Positions 51,962 to 62,210 are shown, numbered from the stretch's first letter. The stretch is 64,000 nucleotides of DNA from an uncultured Candidatus Saccharibacteria bacterium (GCA_964569655.1 CAZMTN010000001.1:220-64219), one strand, 5' to 3'. Program-made: numbers and translations. The notes: a model not told the origin generated them from the letters alone.

Positions 51962-51968
51962 CCCCTAT

Positions 51969-52331
51969 ATGGCTACCTACGTAGACGGATTCGTGCTCTC
52001 GATACCGAAGAACAAGAAGAACGCATACAAGAAGATCGCCAAGGAGGCAGCAGCCGTCTGGAAGAAGTTCGGCGCGCTCGATTACAAGGAGTGCCGGGCA
52101 AACGACATGTCCCCGAAGCATGTCACCTTCACCTTCCCGAAGATGGCGAAGGCGAAGCCCGACGAGGAGGTATGGTTCTCCTTCATCGTGTTCAAGTCCA
52201 AGGCGGACCGGAAGGCGATCAATAAGAAGGTGATGGCGTACTTCGACAAGAAGTACCCGGGCCAGATGCCGGACATGCCGTTCGACATGAAGCGCTTCGC
52301 GTACGGCGGCTTCGCGACGGAAGTAGAATAA
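51969..52331 (+). CDS. DUF1428 family protein
   Basis: MATYVDGFVLSIPKNKKNAYKKIAKEAAAVWKKFGALDYKEC. Confidence 0.65.
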   Translation: MATYVDGFVLSIPKNKKNAYKKIAKEAAAVWKKFGALDYKECRANDMSPKHVTFTFPKMAKAKPDEEVWFSFIVFKSKADRKAINKKVMAYFDKKYPGQMPDMPFDMKRFAYGGFATEVE

Positions 52332-52343
52332 CCGATCAAACCC

Positions 52344-52682
52344 ATGAGATTCTTCGTAACGTACCAGATGCCGCATACGGGCCTCGACGAGTGGATGAAG
52401 ATGCCGGAAGCAGAGCGGAAGGCAGGAGAGCTTGAGATGCAGTCCCAGTGGAATGCCTGGATGGCTTCGCATAAGGATGCGATCACGGAAACCGCAGGCG
52501 TCGGGAAGCCAAAGCGCATCACGTCGAGCGGCATTGAGGATGCGCGCAACGACCTCATGATGTACTCGTTCGTCGAGGCCGAGAATCTCGAAGCGGCAGC
52601 GGCGATGTTCAAGGACCATCCGCACTTCGGCATCCCGGGCGGCTGGATCGAGGTGATGGCGGTGAACAAAGAGATCTCGTAA
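52344..52682 (+). CDS. hypothetical protein
   Basis: 112-aa ORF, no motif recognised. Confidence 0.4.
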   Translation: MRFFVTYQMPHTGLDEWMKMPEAERKAGELEMQSQWNAWMASHKDAITETAGVGKPKRITSSGIEDARNDLMMYSFVEAENLEAAAAMFKDHPHFGIPGGWIEVMAVNKEIS

Positions 52683-52685
52683 TCC

Positions 52686-53318
52686 ATGGCCAAGCGCCAG
52701 ATACTGATAATCCACGGAGGAATGACCTTCAAGTCCGATAAGGACTATGTGAAGTGGCTCCAGACGAGGGAGATCTCGTTGAAGGAGCGCAAGCGCTGGC
52801 AGGCGGACCTGGAAAAGAAGCTCGGGTCCCGCTTCGAGGTCATGCGGCCGCGCATGCCGCTTTCGGAGAACGCGAAGTACCGGGACTGGAAGATCACATT
52901 CGAGCGCTATATCCCGCTGCTCCGCAAGGACGCCATTCTCATCGGCAATTCCCTGGGAGGGATCTTCCTCGCGAAGTACCTTTCGGAGAACAAGCTCCCG
53001 CGGGCGGCGCTTTCCGTCTATCTCGTGTGCGCGCCGTTCGACGACACGCTCCCGACCGAAGACTTGGCGGGAGGCTTCAAGCTGAAGAAGGACCTCTCGT
53101 TCATCGGGAAGAATTGCAAAAACCTCCATATCCTCTTCTCCGCGGATGACGATATCGTGCCGGTCGCGCATGCGGAGAAATACCGCAAGGCGCTCCCGGA
53201 CGCGCACATCGGCATCTACAAGAACAAGAAGGGGCACTTCACCGCGCCGCGCTTCCCGGAGATCCTGAAGCTCATTGAGCGCGATACGGCTGTGCATAAG
53301 CCATCTATGCGGCGATAG
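52686..53318 (+). CDS. alpha/beta hydrolase (YdeN/RBBP9-like serine hydrolase)
   Basis: LIIHGG...nucleophile elbow GNSLGG...DDDIVP...GHF. Confidence 0.6.
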   Translation: MAKRQILIIHGGMTFKSDKDYVKWLQTREISLKERKRWQADLEKKLGSRFEVMRPRMPLSENAKYRDWKITFERYIPLLRKDAILIGNSLGGIFLAKYLSENKLPRAALSVYLVCAPFDDTLPTEDLAGGFKLKKDLSFIGKNCKNLHILFSADDDIVPVAHAEKYRKALPDAHIGIYKNKKGHFTAPRFPEILKLIERDTAVHKPSMRR

Positions 53319-53321
53319 GAG

Positions 53322-53723
53322 GTGCTACTGTCTACGCATATGGAACTATTTTTCGCACAGCTGTTCGGTATCTACATGTTCATCATGGGCGTAGCGATGT
53401 TCGTTCGCGGACAGTCGCTCATGCCTGCGGTCAACGACCTTCTCCGCAACCGGGCGCTCTTGCTCGTGCTCGCGGTGCTCGAACTCGCGGCCGGTCTCGC
53501 GCTCGTGCTCGCGTATCCGATGGTGTCATTCTCGCTCGAGGGCGTCCTCTCGCTCCTCGGCTACGTGCTCGTGATCGAGGGCATCATCTATCTTGCTGCG
53601 CCTTCGCGCTTCATCCAGATGATCCTCAGGAAGTTCAACCGCCCGTTCTGGTACCAGGTCGGCGGACCGGCAGCTGCCGTTCTCGGCGCATACCTCGCTG
53701 CGGTCGGATTCGGCCTCTTCTAG
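53322..53723 (+). CDS. hypothetical membrane protein
   Basis: 133 aa, 4 TM. Confidence 0.45.
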   Translation: MLLSTHMELFFAQLFGIYMFIMGVAMFVRGQSLMPAVNDLLRNRALLLVLAVLELAAGLALVLAYPMVSFSLEGVLSLLGYVLVIEGIIYLAAPSRFIQMILRKFNRPFWYQVGGPAAAVLGAYLAAVGFGLF

Positions 53724-53783
53724 CCGTCCTTCGTCCGCGCGTACACGCCGCCTTCCGGGGCGGCGTGTTGCTATACTGTCGCC

Positions 53784-54212
53784 ATGCATATCATCCATGC
53801 GGAAGGGAATACGTACACGTTGAATGCCCGCAAAGGGGAGGAGCTCATGGAGGCGCTCCGCGCATTCCTCACGGATCAGGGTGTCACGGCCGCGCATCTG
53901 ACTGGCCTAGGCGCCGCCTCGAGGCTCACCCTCGCGTACTACAACCTCGAGACGAAGGAATACGAGAAGCAGGTCATCGAGGAGGACGTGGAGATTTTGT
54001 CGCTCGTCGGGAACGTAGGCGTGAAGGAAGGTGGGGAGCTGGTCATCCATGTCCACGGCACCTTCGGCAGGCGGGACCTCACTGTTTTTGGCGGCCACGT
54101 GTTCGAAATCCTCATTTCTGGCGCCGGAGAGGTGCACCTCACCGCATATTCAGGGGTTATAAGTAGACAATACGACGAAGACACAGGGCTCACGCTCATG
54201 TGTCCGCGATAG
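53784..54212 (+). CDS. PPC (DUF296) domain protein
   Basis: LTGLGAASRLTLAYYNLETKEYEKQVIEEDVEILSLVGNV...GGHVFE pattern. Confidence 0.65.
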   Translation: MHIIHAEGNTYTLNARKGEELMEALRAFLTDQGVTAAHLTGLGAASRLTLAYYNLETKEYEKQVIEEDVEILSLVGNVGVKEGGELVIHVHGTFGRRDLTVFGGHVFEILISGAGEVHLTAYSGVISRQYDEDTGLTLMCPR

Positions 54213-54250
54213 GATATATACTGGGAGTATTAGCCGCTCATCACGATGCT

Positions 54251-54718
54251 ATGCAAAAAGTCACCCCGTTCCTCTGGTTCGACGACCAAGCAGAAGAAGC
54301 GGCGAATTTCTATGTATCGCTCTTCAAGCACTCGAAGATACTCGGCATAAGCCGGTACGAGGGGGAAGCGGCGAAGCCTGGGTCGGTGACCGTGGTCTCG
54401 TTCGAGCTCGACGGACAGTCCTTCACGGCGCTTAACGGCGGCCCCGCGTTCAGGTCCACGGAAGCTATCTCTTTCGTGGTGAACTGCGAGACGCAGGAAG
54501 AGCTGGATTTCTTCTGGGAGAATCTAGGTTCCGGAGGCACGCCGGGACAGTGCGGCTGGCTCAAGGATAGGTACGGCGTCTCCTGGCAGATCGTCCCGAC
54601 CGTCATGGATGAGCTCATGAGCGGGGACACGGAGAAGGCGAAGCGCGTGATGGGCGCCATGCTCCGCATGACCAAGATCGAGATCAAGGGCCTGCAGGCT
54701 GCGTACGAGATCGCCTGA
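54251..54718 (+). CDS. VOC family protein (PhnB-like)
   Basis: MQKVTPFLWFDDQAEEAANFY...FSFVVNCETQEE; start refined from track 54200. Confidence 0.7.
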   Translation: MQKVTPFLWFDDQAEEAANFYVSLFKHSKILGISRYEGEAAKPGSVTVVSFELDGQSFTALNGGPAFRSTEAISFVVNCETQEELDFFWENLGSGGTPGQCGWLKDRYGVSWQIVPTVMDELMSGDTEKAKRVMGAMLRMTKIEIKGLQAAYEIA

Positions 54719-54954
54719 TGTATTTCACCTATATCGTCCGGTGCAAGGATGCGTCCCTGTACACGGGCTGCACCACGAACCTTGAGCGTCGCGTCGCTGA
54801 GCATAATTCCTCGAAGCGGGGTGCCCGGTACACCAAGGTGCGCCGGCCGGTGGAGCTCGTGTACTCCGAGAAATTCGAGTCGCGATCCGAGGCGCAGAGG
54901 AGGGAGTCTGAGCTTAAGAAACTGCCGCGGAGCGGAAAATTAGCACTGTTATGA
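54718..54954 (+). CDS. GIY-YIG nuclease family protein (78 aa)
   Basis: MYFTYIVRCKDASLYTGCTTNLERRVAEHN...RSEAQRRESELK; ATGA overlap with upstream gene. Confidence 0.75.
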   Translation: MYFTYIVRCKDASLYTGCTTNLERRVAEHNSSKRGARYTKVRRPVELVYSEKFESRSEAQRRESELKKLPRSGKLALL

Positions 54955-54967
54955 TACAAGGATAGCT

Positions 54968-55726
54968 ATGGACCCCCTTATTGCCGCCCTTATCGCCGTC
55001 GCCGTCGTGAGCCTCATCTCGCTCGTCGGGGTGTTCACGCTCTCTATGCGCGTGGACCGCATCAGGAGCATGCTCTTCTTGCTCGTCTCGCTGGCCGCCG
55101 GCGCGCTCTTCGGCGATGCGTTCTTCCACCTCATCCCGGAGGCGTATGAAGGAGCGCTCGATCCGGTGCTGGTCTCGGTATCCATCCTTGCGGGCATCAT
55201 CGGATTCCTCGTGCTCGAGAAGATCCTGCGATGGCAGCACAATCATGACGAGGAGTTCTCAGACGCGCATGAGCAAGTCCACCCGGTAGGGCACTTGGTG
55301 CTCGTCTCGGACGGCGTCCACAATTTCATAGACGGCCTCACCATCGGCGTCGCGTTCCTCGTGTCGCCGGAGGTCGGTATCGCGACCGCCGTCGCCATCG
55401 TGCTCCACGAGATCCCGCAGGAGATCGGGGACTTCGCGCTCCTCCTTCATGCCGGATACTCCCGCGCGAGGGCGCTCTTCCTCAATTTCGCGTCAGCCCT
55501 CATCTCCGTGCTCGGCGTTTTCGCCGCGTTCTACCTCGCGGACCGGGTAGAACCGCTTCTCCCGCTCATCATCGCGTTCGCGGCCGGCAATTTCATCTAC
55601 ATCGCGGGCTCGGACCTCGTCCCGGAGCTTCATAAGACCACCAGTGCCAAGAAGAACGTGCTCCAGTTCCTGGCGCTCTTCCTCGGCCTCTTCCTCATGT
55701 ACGGGCTCCTTGCCCTTGAGGGCTAA
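54968..55726 (+). CDS. ZIP family metal (Zn/Fe) transporter
   Basis: HNFIDGLTIG...HEIPQEIGDFALL signature. Confidence 0.8.
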   Translation: MDPLIAALIAVAVVSLISLVGVFTLSMRVDRIRSMLFLLVSLAAGALFGDAFFHLIPEAYEGALDPVLVSVSILAGIIGFLVLEKILRWQHNHDEEFSDAHEQVHPVGHLVLVSDGVHNFIDGLTIGVAFLVSPEVGIATAVAIVLHEIPQEIGDFALLLHAGYSRARALFLNFASALISVLGVFAAFYLADRVEPLLPLIIAFAAGNFIYIAGSDLVPELHKTTSAKKNVLQFLALFLGLFLMYGLLALEG

Positions 55727-56430
55727 AGCCCTAGCTGCTTCAGGAACGTAGCGAGCTCCTCGCCTTCGATGGGGCGGTACTGGTCCGCGCCAAGCTTCCC
55801 GAGCTTCACGTTCATCACGCGGATGCGCTTCAGGTCCCGCACTTCGTTGTGGAGCGCGGATACCATGCGGCGGATCTGATGCTTCTTTCCTTCGGTGAGG
55901 ACGATGGAGAAACGGGTATCCCCGAGCTTCTTTACCTTGGCAGGCTTGGTCTCGTATCCCTCGATGTTCACGCCCGCTTCCATATGCTTCTTGAAGCTCT
56001 CGCGGAGCTTCTCCCGGGTCTGCACGATGTACTCCTTCTCGTGGACCCGGTTCGGGTTCAGGAGGCGATCCGTGATGCGGCCGTCGTTGGTGAGGATGAT
56101 GAGGCCGTACGAATCCTTGTCGAGGCGGCCGACCGGGAAGGTGTCCTTCAGGTTCGGGTCTTCGACCACGCGATCCGCGATGTCCTCATCTCCGTCGTCA
56201 GCCGTGTGCGTCACGACGCCCTGCGGCTTGTTGTATGCGAAATACTTGAACTTCTTCGGCTGGGCGTTCCGGACCTCGACCACGTCGCCTTCCTGGACGC
56301 GGTCCCCGAGCACGGCGAGCCGGCCGTTGATGAAGACCTTCTTCTTGGTCACGAGCTCGTCTCCGCCCCGGCGGGTCGCGTAGTTCTGCTGGGCGAGATA
56401 CTGGTTGATGCGGATGCCGCCTTTCTTCAT
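55723..56430 (-). CDS. RNA pseudouridine synthase (RsuA/RluB family) with S4 domain
   Basis: S4 domain IRINQYLAQQNYATRRGG; catalytic PVGRLDKDSYGLIILTNDG. Confidence 0.85.
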   Translation of the reverse strand: MKKGGIRINQYLAQQNYATRRGGDELVTKKKVFINGRLAVLGDRVQEGDVVEVRNAQPKKFKYFAYNKPQGVVTHTADDGDEDIADRVVEDPNLKDTFPVGRLDKDSYGLIILTNDGRITDRLLNPNRVHEKEYIVQTREKLRESFKKHMEAGVNIEGYETKPAKVKKLGDTRFSIVLTEGKKHQIRRMVSALHNEVRDLKRIRVMNVKLGKLGADQYRPIEGEELATFLKQLGL

Positions 56431-56460
56431 ATCGGCACTATACGCTATTATGGCGGGAAC

Positions 56461-56718
56461 ATGGAACCAGCGATCGAAGAGGGGCTAGAACGGCTCGAGA
56501 CCATCCAGGAAGAGCTCGAGGAGATCAAACAGCGCACGGCAAACCCGCGCCGCTCGTTCACGAACGGCATCTTCCAGGGAGTGGGAGTGCTCCTGGGCGG
56601 CATCTTCGGCGCGCTGGCGCTCGGCTGGATCCTCTCCATCATGGGCATCGTCCCGGGCTTCGGCGATCTTGCGGACTACCTCCGCTCCCTGGTAGACAAT
56701 TTCGGCCGACGCTACTAG
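56461..56718 (+). CDS. small membrane protein
   Basis: 85 aa; N-terminal coiled region then TM GVLLGGIFGALALGWILSIMGIV. Confidence 0.4.
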   Translation: MEPAIEEGLERLETIQEELEEIKQRTANPRRSFTNGIFQGVGVLLGGIFGALALGWILSIMGIVPGFGDLADYLRSLVDNFGRRY

Positions 56719-56797
56719 CTCATCATCCCTTCATGGGCGGGAGCCTATAGTAAGCATGGGCGTTTAGCACCCAACCTGACTATCTGACCAATCCCGT

Positions 56798-56947
56798 ATG
56801 CTGCTCACTATCGCCGCAATCCTGCTTATCCTCTGGTTCCTGGGAATCATCGGGGTCTATACCCTCGGATGGTTCATCCACTTCTTCCTCATGATCGCGA
56901 TCATCATCGTGCTCGTCAGGATTATCCGAGGAGAGAATCCGTTCTAG
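56798..56947 (+). CDS. lmo0937-family small membrane protein (49 aa)
   Basis: MLLTIAAILLILWFLGIIGVYTLGWFIHFFLMIAIIIVLVRIIRGENPF; below track size cutoff. Confidence 0.5.
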   Translation: MLLTIAAILLILWFLGIIGVYTLGWFIHFFLMIAIIIVLVRIIRGENPF

Positions 56948-56967
56948 CCACCTTTAACTCACTATCT

Positions 56968-57615
56968 ATGAAAACAACCCTTACCCGCGCGGCTGCGCTC
57001 ATCGCGGCCTTCGCGCTCGCCGCCCCGGCATTCGCCCAGACCATCGATCTCGGCGCAGGAGCTGGCGCAAACGGCAGCTCAGGCAATGCCAGCACCTCTG
57101 CGAACGTCGACATCAATGTCGGCGACGACACAGCGACGTCGTCTGATAGCACTGATACCGATTCCGACACTGGCCTCACCGGCTCGGTGAGTGCGGTCAT
57201 CGATCCGCTCACTGTCCGCACCGACGCCGATCTCGAAACGTACGCCGAGGCGACCGTCTCATCCGACGAGCGCGTGCAGGACGTGAACGTATCGGACGAC
57301 GAAGTGTCCATCGAGTACGACGAGCGCGCGCACCTCTTCGGCATCTTCCCGATCCTCGTCACCGCGACCGCTACGGTCGACGCGCAGGGGAACGTGAGCG
57401 TCCGCTACCCGTGGTACCGCTTCCTCATGAGCACTGAGCACGAGGCGCTCGAGGCCAGCGCTACCGCAGAAGTCCGCGCAACGCTCTCCGAAGGCGCAAG
57501 CATGGATGCACAGGCGAAGGCTCGCGCCCTCGCCGCACTCCACCGCGCCATGAAGGCGCAGTTCGAAGCTGACGTTTCAGCATCTGCCGACGCAGAAGCA
57601 GAAGCAAGCAACTAA
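56968..57615 (+). CDS. secreted acidic low-complexity protein
   Basis: signal peptide MKTTLTRAAALIAAFALAAPAFA; Asp/Ser/Thr-rich. Confidence 0.5.
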   Translation: MKTTLTRAAALIAAFALAAPAFAQTIDLGAGAGANGSSGNASTSANVDINVGDDTATSSDSTDTDSDTGLTGSVSAVIDPLTVRTDADLETYAEATVSSDERVQDVNVSDDEVSIEYDERAHLFGIFPILVTATATVDAQGNVSVRYPWYRFLMSTEHEALEASATAEVRATLSEGASMDAQAKARALAALHRAMKAQFEADVSASADAEAEASN

Positions 57616-57717
57616 TATCCCGCCCCTGAACCGCCCGCGCTCCATACCGGACGCGGGCGGTTCGCCGTATAATGTGGGACATGCAGGTGAAAGAAACACA
57701 GGCAGCCGCCGTCTTAT

Positions 57718-58236
57718 ATGAAGGATAGGCAACGCTCCTTCGAGGAAGCCTTCGCGCTCTATGGCGACGAGCTGTTCCGGCACGCGTTCTTCCGCCTCTC
57801 GGATCGCGAGCGGGCGGCAGACGCCGTGCAAGAGACCTTCCTGCGCGCCTTCGCGTATTCGAGGGCGGACAGTATCCATGACATGCGCGCGTTCCTGTAC
57901 CGGACCCTCCGGCACCTCATCATCGACGAATACCGCCGGAAGAAGGCGCATTCGCTCGACGCCATGATCGAGGACGAGGATACGGCGAGCGACGCGTTCC
58001 TGCCTATGGATGAGACCAACACGGTCGAAGCCGCGACAGACCGTCTCGACGCCCGCGCGGTCATCGAGAAGCTGCCGGAGCTTCCGCCCCAGTACGCGGA
58101 AGTGCTCACGCTCCGGTACGTGGACGGTCTCAGCCCCAAGGAGATCTCCGTCCGCATCGACGTCTCGGAGAACCTCGTCTCCGTCCGCATCCACCGCGCG
58201 CTCAAAGCCCTGAAGACCCTATTTGAAACACCATGA
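57718..58236 (+). CDS. ECF-type RNA polymerase sigma-70 factor
   Basis: sigma70 region 2 (AADAVQETFLRAF) and region 4 HTH (EVLTLRYVDGLSPKEISVRIDVSENLVSVRIHRALKAL). Confidence 0.85.
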   Translation: MKDRQRSFEEAFALYGDELFRHAFFRLSDRERAADAVQETFLRAFAYSRADSIHDMRAFLYRTLRHLIIDEYRRKKAHSLDAMIEDEDTASDAFLPMDETNTVEAATDRLDARAVIEKLPELPPQYAEVLTLRYVDGLSPKEISVRIDVSENLVSVRIHRALKALKTLFETP

Positions 58237-59240
58237 CCCGATTCACCGACGAGCTGAAGAACCACGCTGCTGCCATCCGCCTCTCGAGCGCGGAGCGTTC
58301 GCGCATCCGGGAATCGGTGCTTGCCGCGATGCAGCCGGTGCCGTCCCCGTTCGATTTCAGCGCGTTCCTCATCCCGCGCCTCGCGCTCACGGGGCTCCTC
58401 ACGCTGGTGCTCGCGTTCACCGGCACCGCGTACGCGTCCACGTATTCGCTGCCGGGAGACCTCCTCTATTCGGTGAAGGTGGGCATCACGGAGCCGGCGC
58501 AGGGAGCGATCGCGTTCTCGGACGGAGCGAAGGTCGCGTGGCACGCAGATATCGCGACGACGCGCCTTGCGGAAGCGGAGGCGCTCACCACCAACGGCAC
58601 GCTTACGGCCGAGACCGGTCTTGCGCTCGCGGATGATGTCCGCACGCACCGGGAGGCGATCGATGAGATCGCCCGCAAGATCGGGCGGGAGAACCCGATC
58701 TCCGAGGATCGCATCGCGGCGAGCTTCTCGACCGCGGTCGCGAATCAGGGCAACGCCATCCTTGCGGCCGGGAAGAAGACCGCGAATCCGGTCGCGATGC
58801 GCGCCTCCGGAGACCTCGTCGTGCAGGTGGCCGGAGAATCCGCGGGCATGGAGGCCGATGCGGCCGCTGATGTCGCTCCGGAAGCGATCGCGATGCAGGC
58901 CCGCTCTGCGAAGGAGGCGCCGATGATGATGTCTCTCATGGCGGATGTCGTGGAGGAAGAGGCAGAGGAGGATATCGGCGACCTTTCCATGCGCGCGCGT
59001 GAGGCCTTCCTCCTCGCCTCGACGACGGCCGCGGCGAGCACGCTCGAGGATTCCTTGATGGCGGAGGCCGAGGCGCGCCTCGCGAAGCTCGCGAGCCTCA
59101 TGGTGAAGGCGGAGGCGCAGCTGCTTATCGGCGAGACCGATGCCGCAGCGGATGATTTCAAGCGCGCGATCGAGATCGCTGCCGAGATTCAGGCGCAGGT
59201 AGAGAGCGGATCCATCGAGGAACCTTCCGCGGCTTTGTAG
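58233..59240 (+). CDS. putative anti-sigma factor (single TM, Ala-rich periplasmic domain)
   Basis: ATGA-overlap with sigma gene; TM LALTGLLTLVLAFTGTAYA. Confidence 0.5.
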   Translation: MTRFTDELKNHAAAIRLSSAERSRIRESVLAAMQPVPSPFDFSAFLIPRLALTGLLTLVLAFTGTAYASTYSLPGDLLYSVKVGITEPAQGAIAFSDGAKVAWHADIATTRLAEAEALTTNGTLTAETGLALADDVRTHREAIDEIARKIGRENPISEDRIAASFSTAVANQGNAILAAGKKTANPVAMRASGDLVVQVAGESAGMEADAAADVAPEAIAMQARSAKEAPMMMSLMADVVEEEAEEDIGDLSMRAREAFLLASTTAAASTLEDSLMAEAEARLAKLASLMVKAEAQLLIGETDAAADDFKRAIEIAAEIQAQVESGSIEEPSAAL

Positions 59241-59272
59241 AAACCGCGCGGTCCGGGCTAGAATAGGGGACC

Positions 59273-60259
59273 ATGCACGCGCGATCCTATACGAAGCCGC
59301 TGTACATCGCTCTCGCATTTGCGCTCCTCGTCACGCTCGCCGCATTTTCATACTCATCCATCTTCGGTCCGGTCAGCCGCGACGAGACGAAGGTGGAATT
59401 CATCGTCACGCCGGACTCGTCCATAAGCGAGGTCGCCGAGCAGCTGAAGAGCCAGAACCTGATCCGCGCTGAATGGGCGTTCAAGCTCGCGTATGTTCGC
59501 GCGGCGGGCATCCATGACGTGCGCCCGGGCGGATACAAGCTCTCATCCTCCATGGATACGCTCGTGGTCGCGAAGACGCTCGCTGAGTCCCCGTACCTCG
59601 CGTGGATCTCCATCCCGCGCGGCGTGCGCAAAGAGCAGATCGCGGAGATCCTCGCGAAGCAGCTCTCCTGGACCCGCGAGCAGAAGGAGCAGTGGCTCAG
59701 CGTGGACACCAACCCGTCGCCGAGCTACGTCGAGGGCGTCTACTATCCGGACACCTATCTCATCCCGTCGGACCAGACGCCGGCGCAGGTAGCGTCCCGC
59801 ATGCGCGAGCGATTCTCGGAAGTGTTCATGCCGTATGCGCAGGAGGCCGCAGAGAAGGGCATCAAGTGGCAGACCGTGCTCATCATGGCGTCTCTCATCG
59901 AGCGCGAAGCCGCAGGGCCTGATCGCGCGCTCATCGCGGGCATCCTCTGGAACCGTATCGAAAACGGTATGAAGCTCCAGGTCGACGCGACGCTCCAATA
60001 CATAAAGGGGAATCAGGAGGACGGATGGTGGGGGAAGGTATTGTCCGAGGACAAGTACCTGGACTCGCCATTCAATACGTACCAGCATTATGGTCTCCCG
60101 CCGCACCCGATCGCCGAGCCGTCGGTGGAGGCCGTGCGCGCGGTGCTGAATCCCGAGGAGACCAACTGCCTCTTCTATTTGCATGACAACAGCGGGCAGA
60201 TCTACTGCTCCCCGAGCTACAAGGGGCACCTCACGAATATAGACCGGCATCTCAGATAA
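59273..60259 (+). CDS. mltG: endolytic murein transglycosylase MltG (YceG-like)
   Basis: N-terminal TM; YceG-like domain (EVAEQLKSQNLI...GYKLSS); C-terminal catalytic Glu region. Confidence 0.8.
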   Translation: MHARSYTKPLYIALAFALLVTLAAFSYSSIFGPVSRDETKVEFIVTPDSSISEVAEQLKSQNLIRAEWAFKLAYVRAAGIHDVRPGGYKLSSSMDTLVVAKTLAESPYLAWISIPRGVRKEQIAEILAKQLSWTREQKEQWLSVDTNPSPSYVEGVYYPDTYLIPSDQTPAQVASRMRERFSEVFMPYAQEAAEKGIKWQTVLIMASLIEREAAGPDRALIAGILWNRIENGMKLQVDATLQYIKGNQEDGWWGKVLSEDKYLDSPFNTYQHYGLPPHPIAEPSVEAVRAVLNPEETNCLFYLHDNSGQIYCSPSYKGHLTNIDRHLR

Positions 60260-60320
60260 TTGCGGCTTTGGCCGTTCTGGGGTATTCTATTTCCAACGGC
60301 CCCAAGGCCCCTTTTTATTT

Positions 60321-62111
60321 ATGGAGATCAGGAATATCGCGATCATCGCGCACGTGGACCACGGCAAGACTACCTTGACCGACGCTATCCTTAACCAGAC
60401 GGGAGCGGCGGCGGTCGGCGTATCCATGGACAGCAACACCATCGAGCGCGAGCGCGGCATCACCATCTACTCGAAGAACGCGGCGGTGGAGTACAAGGGC
60501 ACCAAGATCAACATCGTGGACACCCCGGGCCACGCGGACTTCGGCTCTGAAGTGGAGCGCGTGCTCCGCTCCATCGACTCCGTGCTCCTCATCGTGGACG
60601 CGCAGGAAGGCCCGATGCCGCAGACCCGCTTCGTGCTTAAGAAGTCGCTCGAGCTCGGCCTGAAGCCGATCGTCGTCATCAACAAGGTGGATAAGCCGGC
60701 GGCGAACGCCGACAAGTGCGAGGAGGACGTACTCGAGCTCTTCCTCGAGCTCGGCGCATCCGATGAGCAGTCCAACTTCCCGGTGGTGTACGCCATCGGC
60801 CGCGAGGGCGTCGCCATGAGGAAGCTCGACGACGAGCGCAAGGACCTCACTCCGCTCCTCGACACCGTGCTCGAGCACGTGCCGGCAGCCAACACCGAAG
60901 GAGACGCGGCGCTCCCGCTCCTTGCGCAGCCGTTCAACCTCGGCTACGACAACTTCCTCGGGCGCCTCGCCATCTCCCGCGTATACAAGGGCACTATCAA
61001 GGTGGGACAGAACGTTTTCGTAAAGAAGCCGGACGGCTCGAGCCGCACGGGCAAGATCACCAAGCTCTTCTCCTTCAAGGGCCTCGAACGCATCGAGACC
61101 GAGTCGGCATCGGCCGGAGACATCACGCTCATCGCGGGACTCCCGGACATCTACATCGGCGAGACCATCGCTGCTGACGCGGATGCCCCGGTGCTTCCGG
61201 CGATCGCAGTGGACGAGCCGACCATCTCGCTCACCTTCCTCGTGAACAACTCTCCATTCGCCGGGCGCGAAGGGAAGTACGTGACGAGCCGCCAGATCCG
61301 CGAGCGCCTCGAGAAGGAGCTCGAGATCAACGTCGGCCTCAAGGTGGACTTCATCAGCGCGGACAATTTCAAGGTGTCCGGGCGCGGCGAGCTCCACATC
61401 GCCATCCTCCTCGAGAACATGCGCCGCGAGGGATACGAGATGCAGGTATCCCAGCCGCAGGTCATCATCCGCGAGGAGAACGGCGTGAAGATGGAGCCGT
61501 TCGAGGAGGCGACCATCGACACCCCGTCCGAATTCCAGGGCGTGATCATCGAGAAGCTCGGCATGCGCGGCTTCCAGCTCCAGAACCTCGTGCAGAACAA
61601 CAACCAGGTCCGCCTCACGCTCAAGGGCCCGACGCGCGGCCTCCTCGGCTACCGCAACCAGTTCGTCATCGATACGCGCGGCGAGGGCATCCTCTCCTCG
61701 CGCTTCGTCGCGTTCGAGCCGTACGCGGGAGAGATCCGAAAGCGCGTCGTGGGCTCGATGATCTCCATGGCGACGGGGAAGTCCCTCGGCTACTCGCTCG
61801 CGACGCTCCAGGACCGCGGCATGCTCTACATCGGCCCAGCGACCGAGGTCTACGAAGGCATGGTCATCGGCAACACCTCGAAGGGCGAGGAGATGATGGC
61901 GAATCCGACCAAGGGCAAGGCGCAATCGAACGTCCGCTCGTCCGGTACCGACGAGGCGATCAGTCTCGTGCCGCACTTCGAGCTCACCATCGAGCGCGGC
62001 CTCGAGACCATGACGGACGACGAGTACCTCGAGATCACGCCGACCTCGGTCCGCCTCCGCAAGCAGTTTTTGAACGACGCAGAGCGCGCGAAGGCGCGCC
62101 GGAAGGACTAA
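60321..62111 (+). CDS. typA: translational GTPase TypA/BipA
   Basis: G1 AHVDHGKTT, G3 DTPGHADF, G4 NKVD; 596 aa. Confidence 0.9.
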   Translation: MEIRNIAIIAHVDHGKTTLTDAILNQTGAAAVGVSMDSNTIERERGITIYSKNAAVEYKGTKINIVDTPGHADFGSEVERVLRSIDSVLLIVDAQEGPMPQTRFVLKKSLELGLKPIVVINKVDKPAANADKCEEDVLELFLELGASDEQSNFPVVYAIGREGVAMRKLDDERKDLTPLLDTVLEHVPAANTEGDAALPLLAQPFNLGYDNFLGRLAISRVYKGTIKVGQNVFVKKPDGSSRTGKITKLFSFKGLERIETESASAGDITLIAGLPDIYIGETIAADADAPVLPAIAVDEPTISLTFLVNNSPFAGREGKYVTSRQIRERLEKELEINVGLKVDFISADNFKVSGRGELHIAILLENMRREGYEMQVSQPQVIIREENGVKMEPFEEATIDTPSEFQGVIIEKLGMRGFQLQNLVQNNNQVRLTLKGPTRGLLGYRNQFVIDTRGEGILSSRFVAFEPYAGEIRKRVVGSMISMATGKSLGYSLATLQDRGMLYIGPATEVYEGMVIGNTSKGEEMMANPTKGKAQSNVRSSGTDEAISLVPHFELTIERGLETMTDDEYLEITPTSVRLRKQFLNDAERAKARRKD

Positions 62112-62132
62112 GCGAATACGCCGTTTTATAGC

Positions 62133-62161
62133 TTGACAAATACGCCGAAAAGGCGTATTAT
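62133..62161 (+). promoter_or_regulatory. sigma70-like promoter TTGACA-N17-TATTAT with palindrome TACGCC-GAAAA-GGCGTA in spacer
   Basis: consensus -35 and near-consensus -10, 50 nt upstream of ATG 62211; the palindrome could alternatively be a weak terminator/operator. Confidence 0.4.
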
Positions 62162-62210
62162 TGTATACAGTGGGCGCTGTGCCTTCGGAACAACTTACGG
62201 GAGATTCCTG

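Noticed and set aside
62133-62210. N-terminal extension of track ORF 62133..62636 (TTG start)
   Set aside because: The TTG is the -35 hexamer of a consensus promoter. A proper ATG with a GGGAG Shine-Dalgarno lies at 62211.
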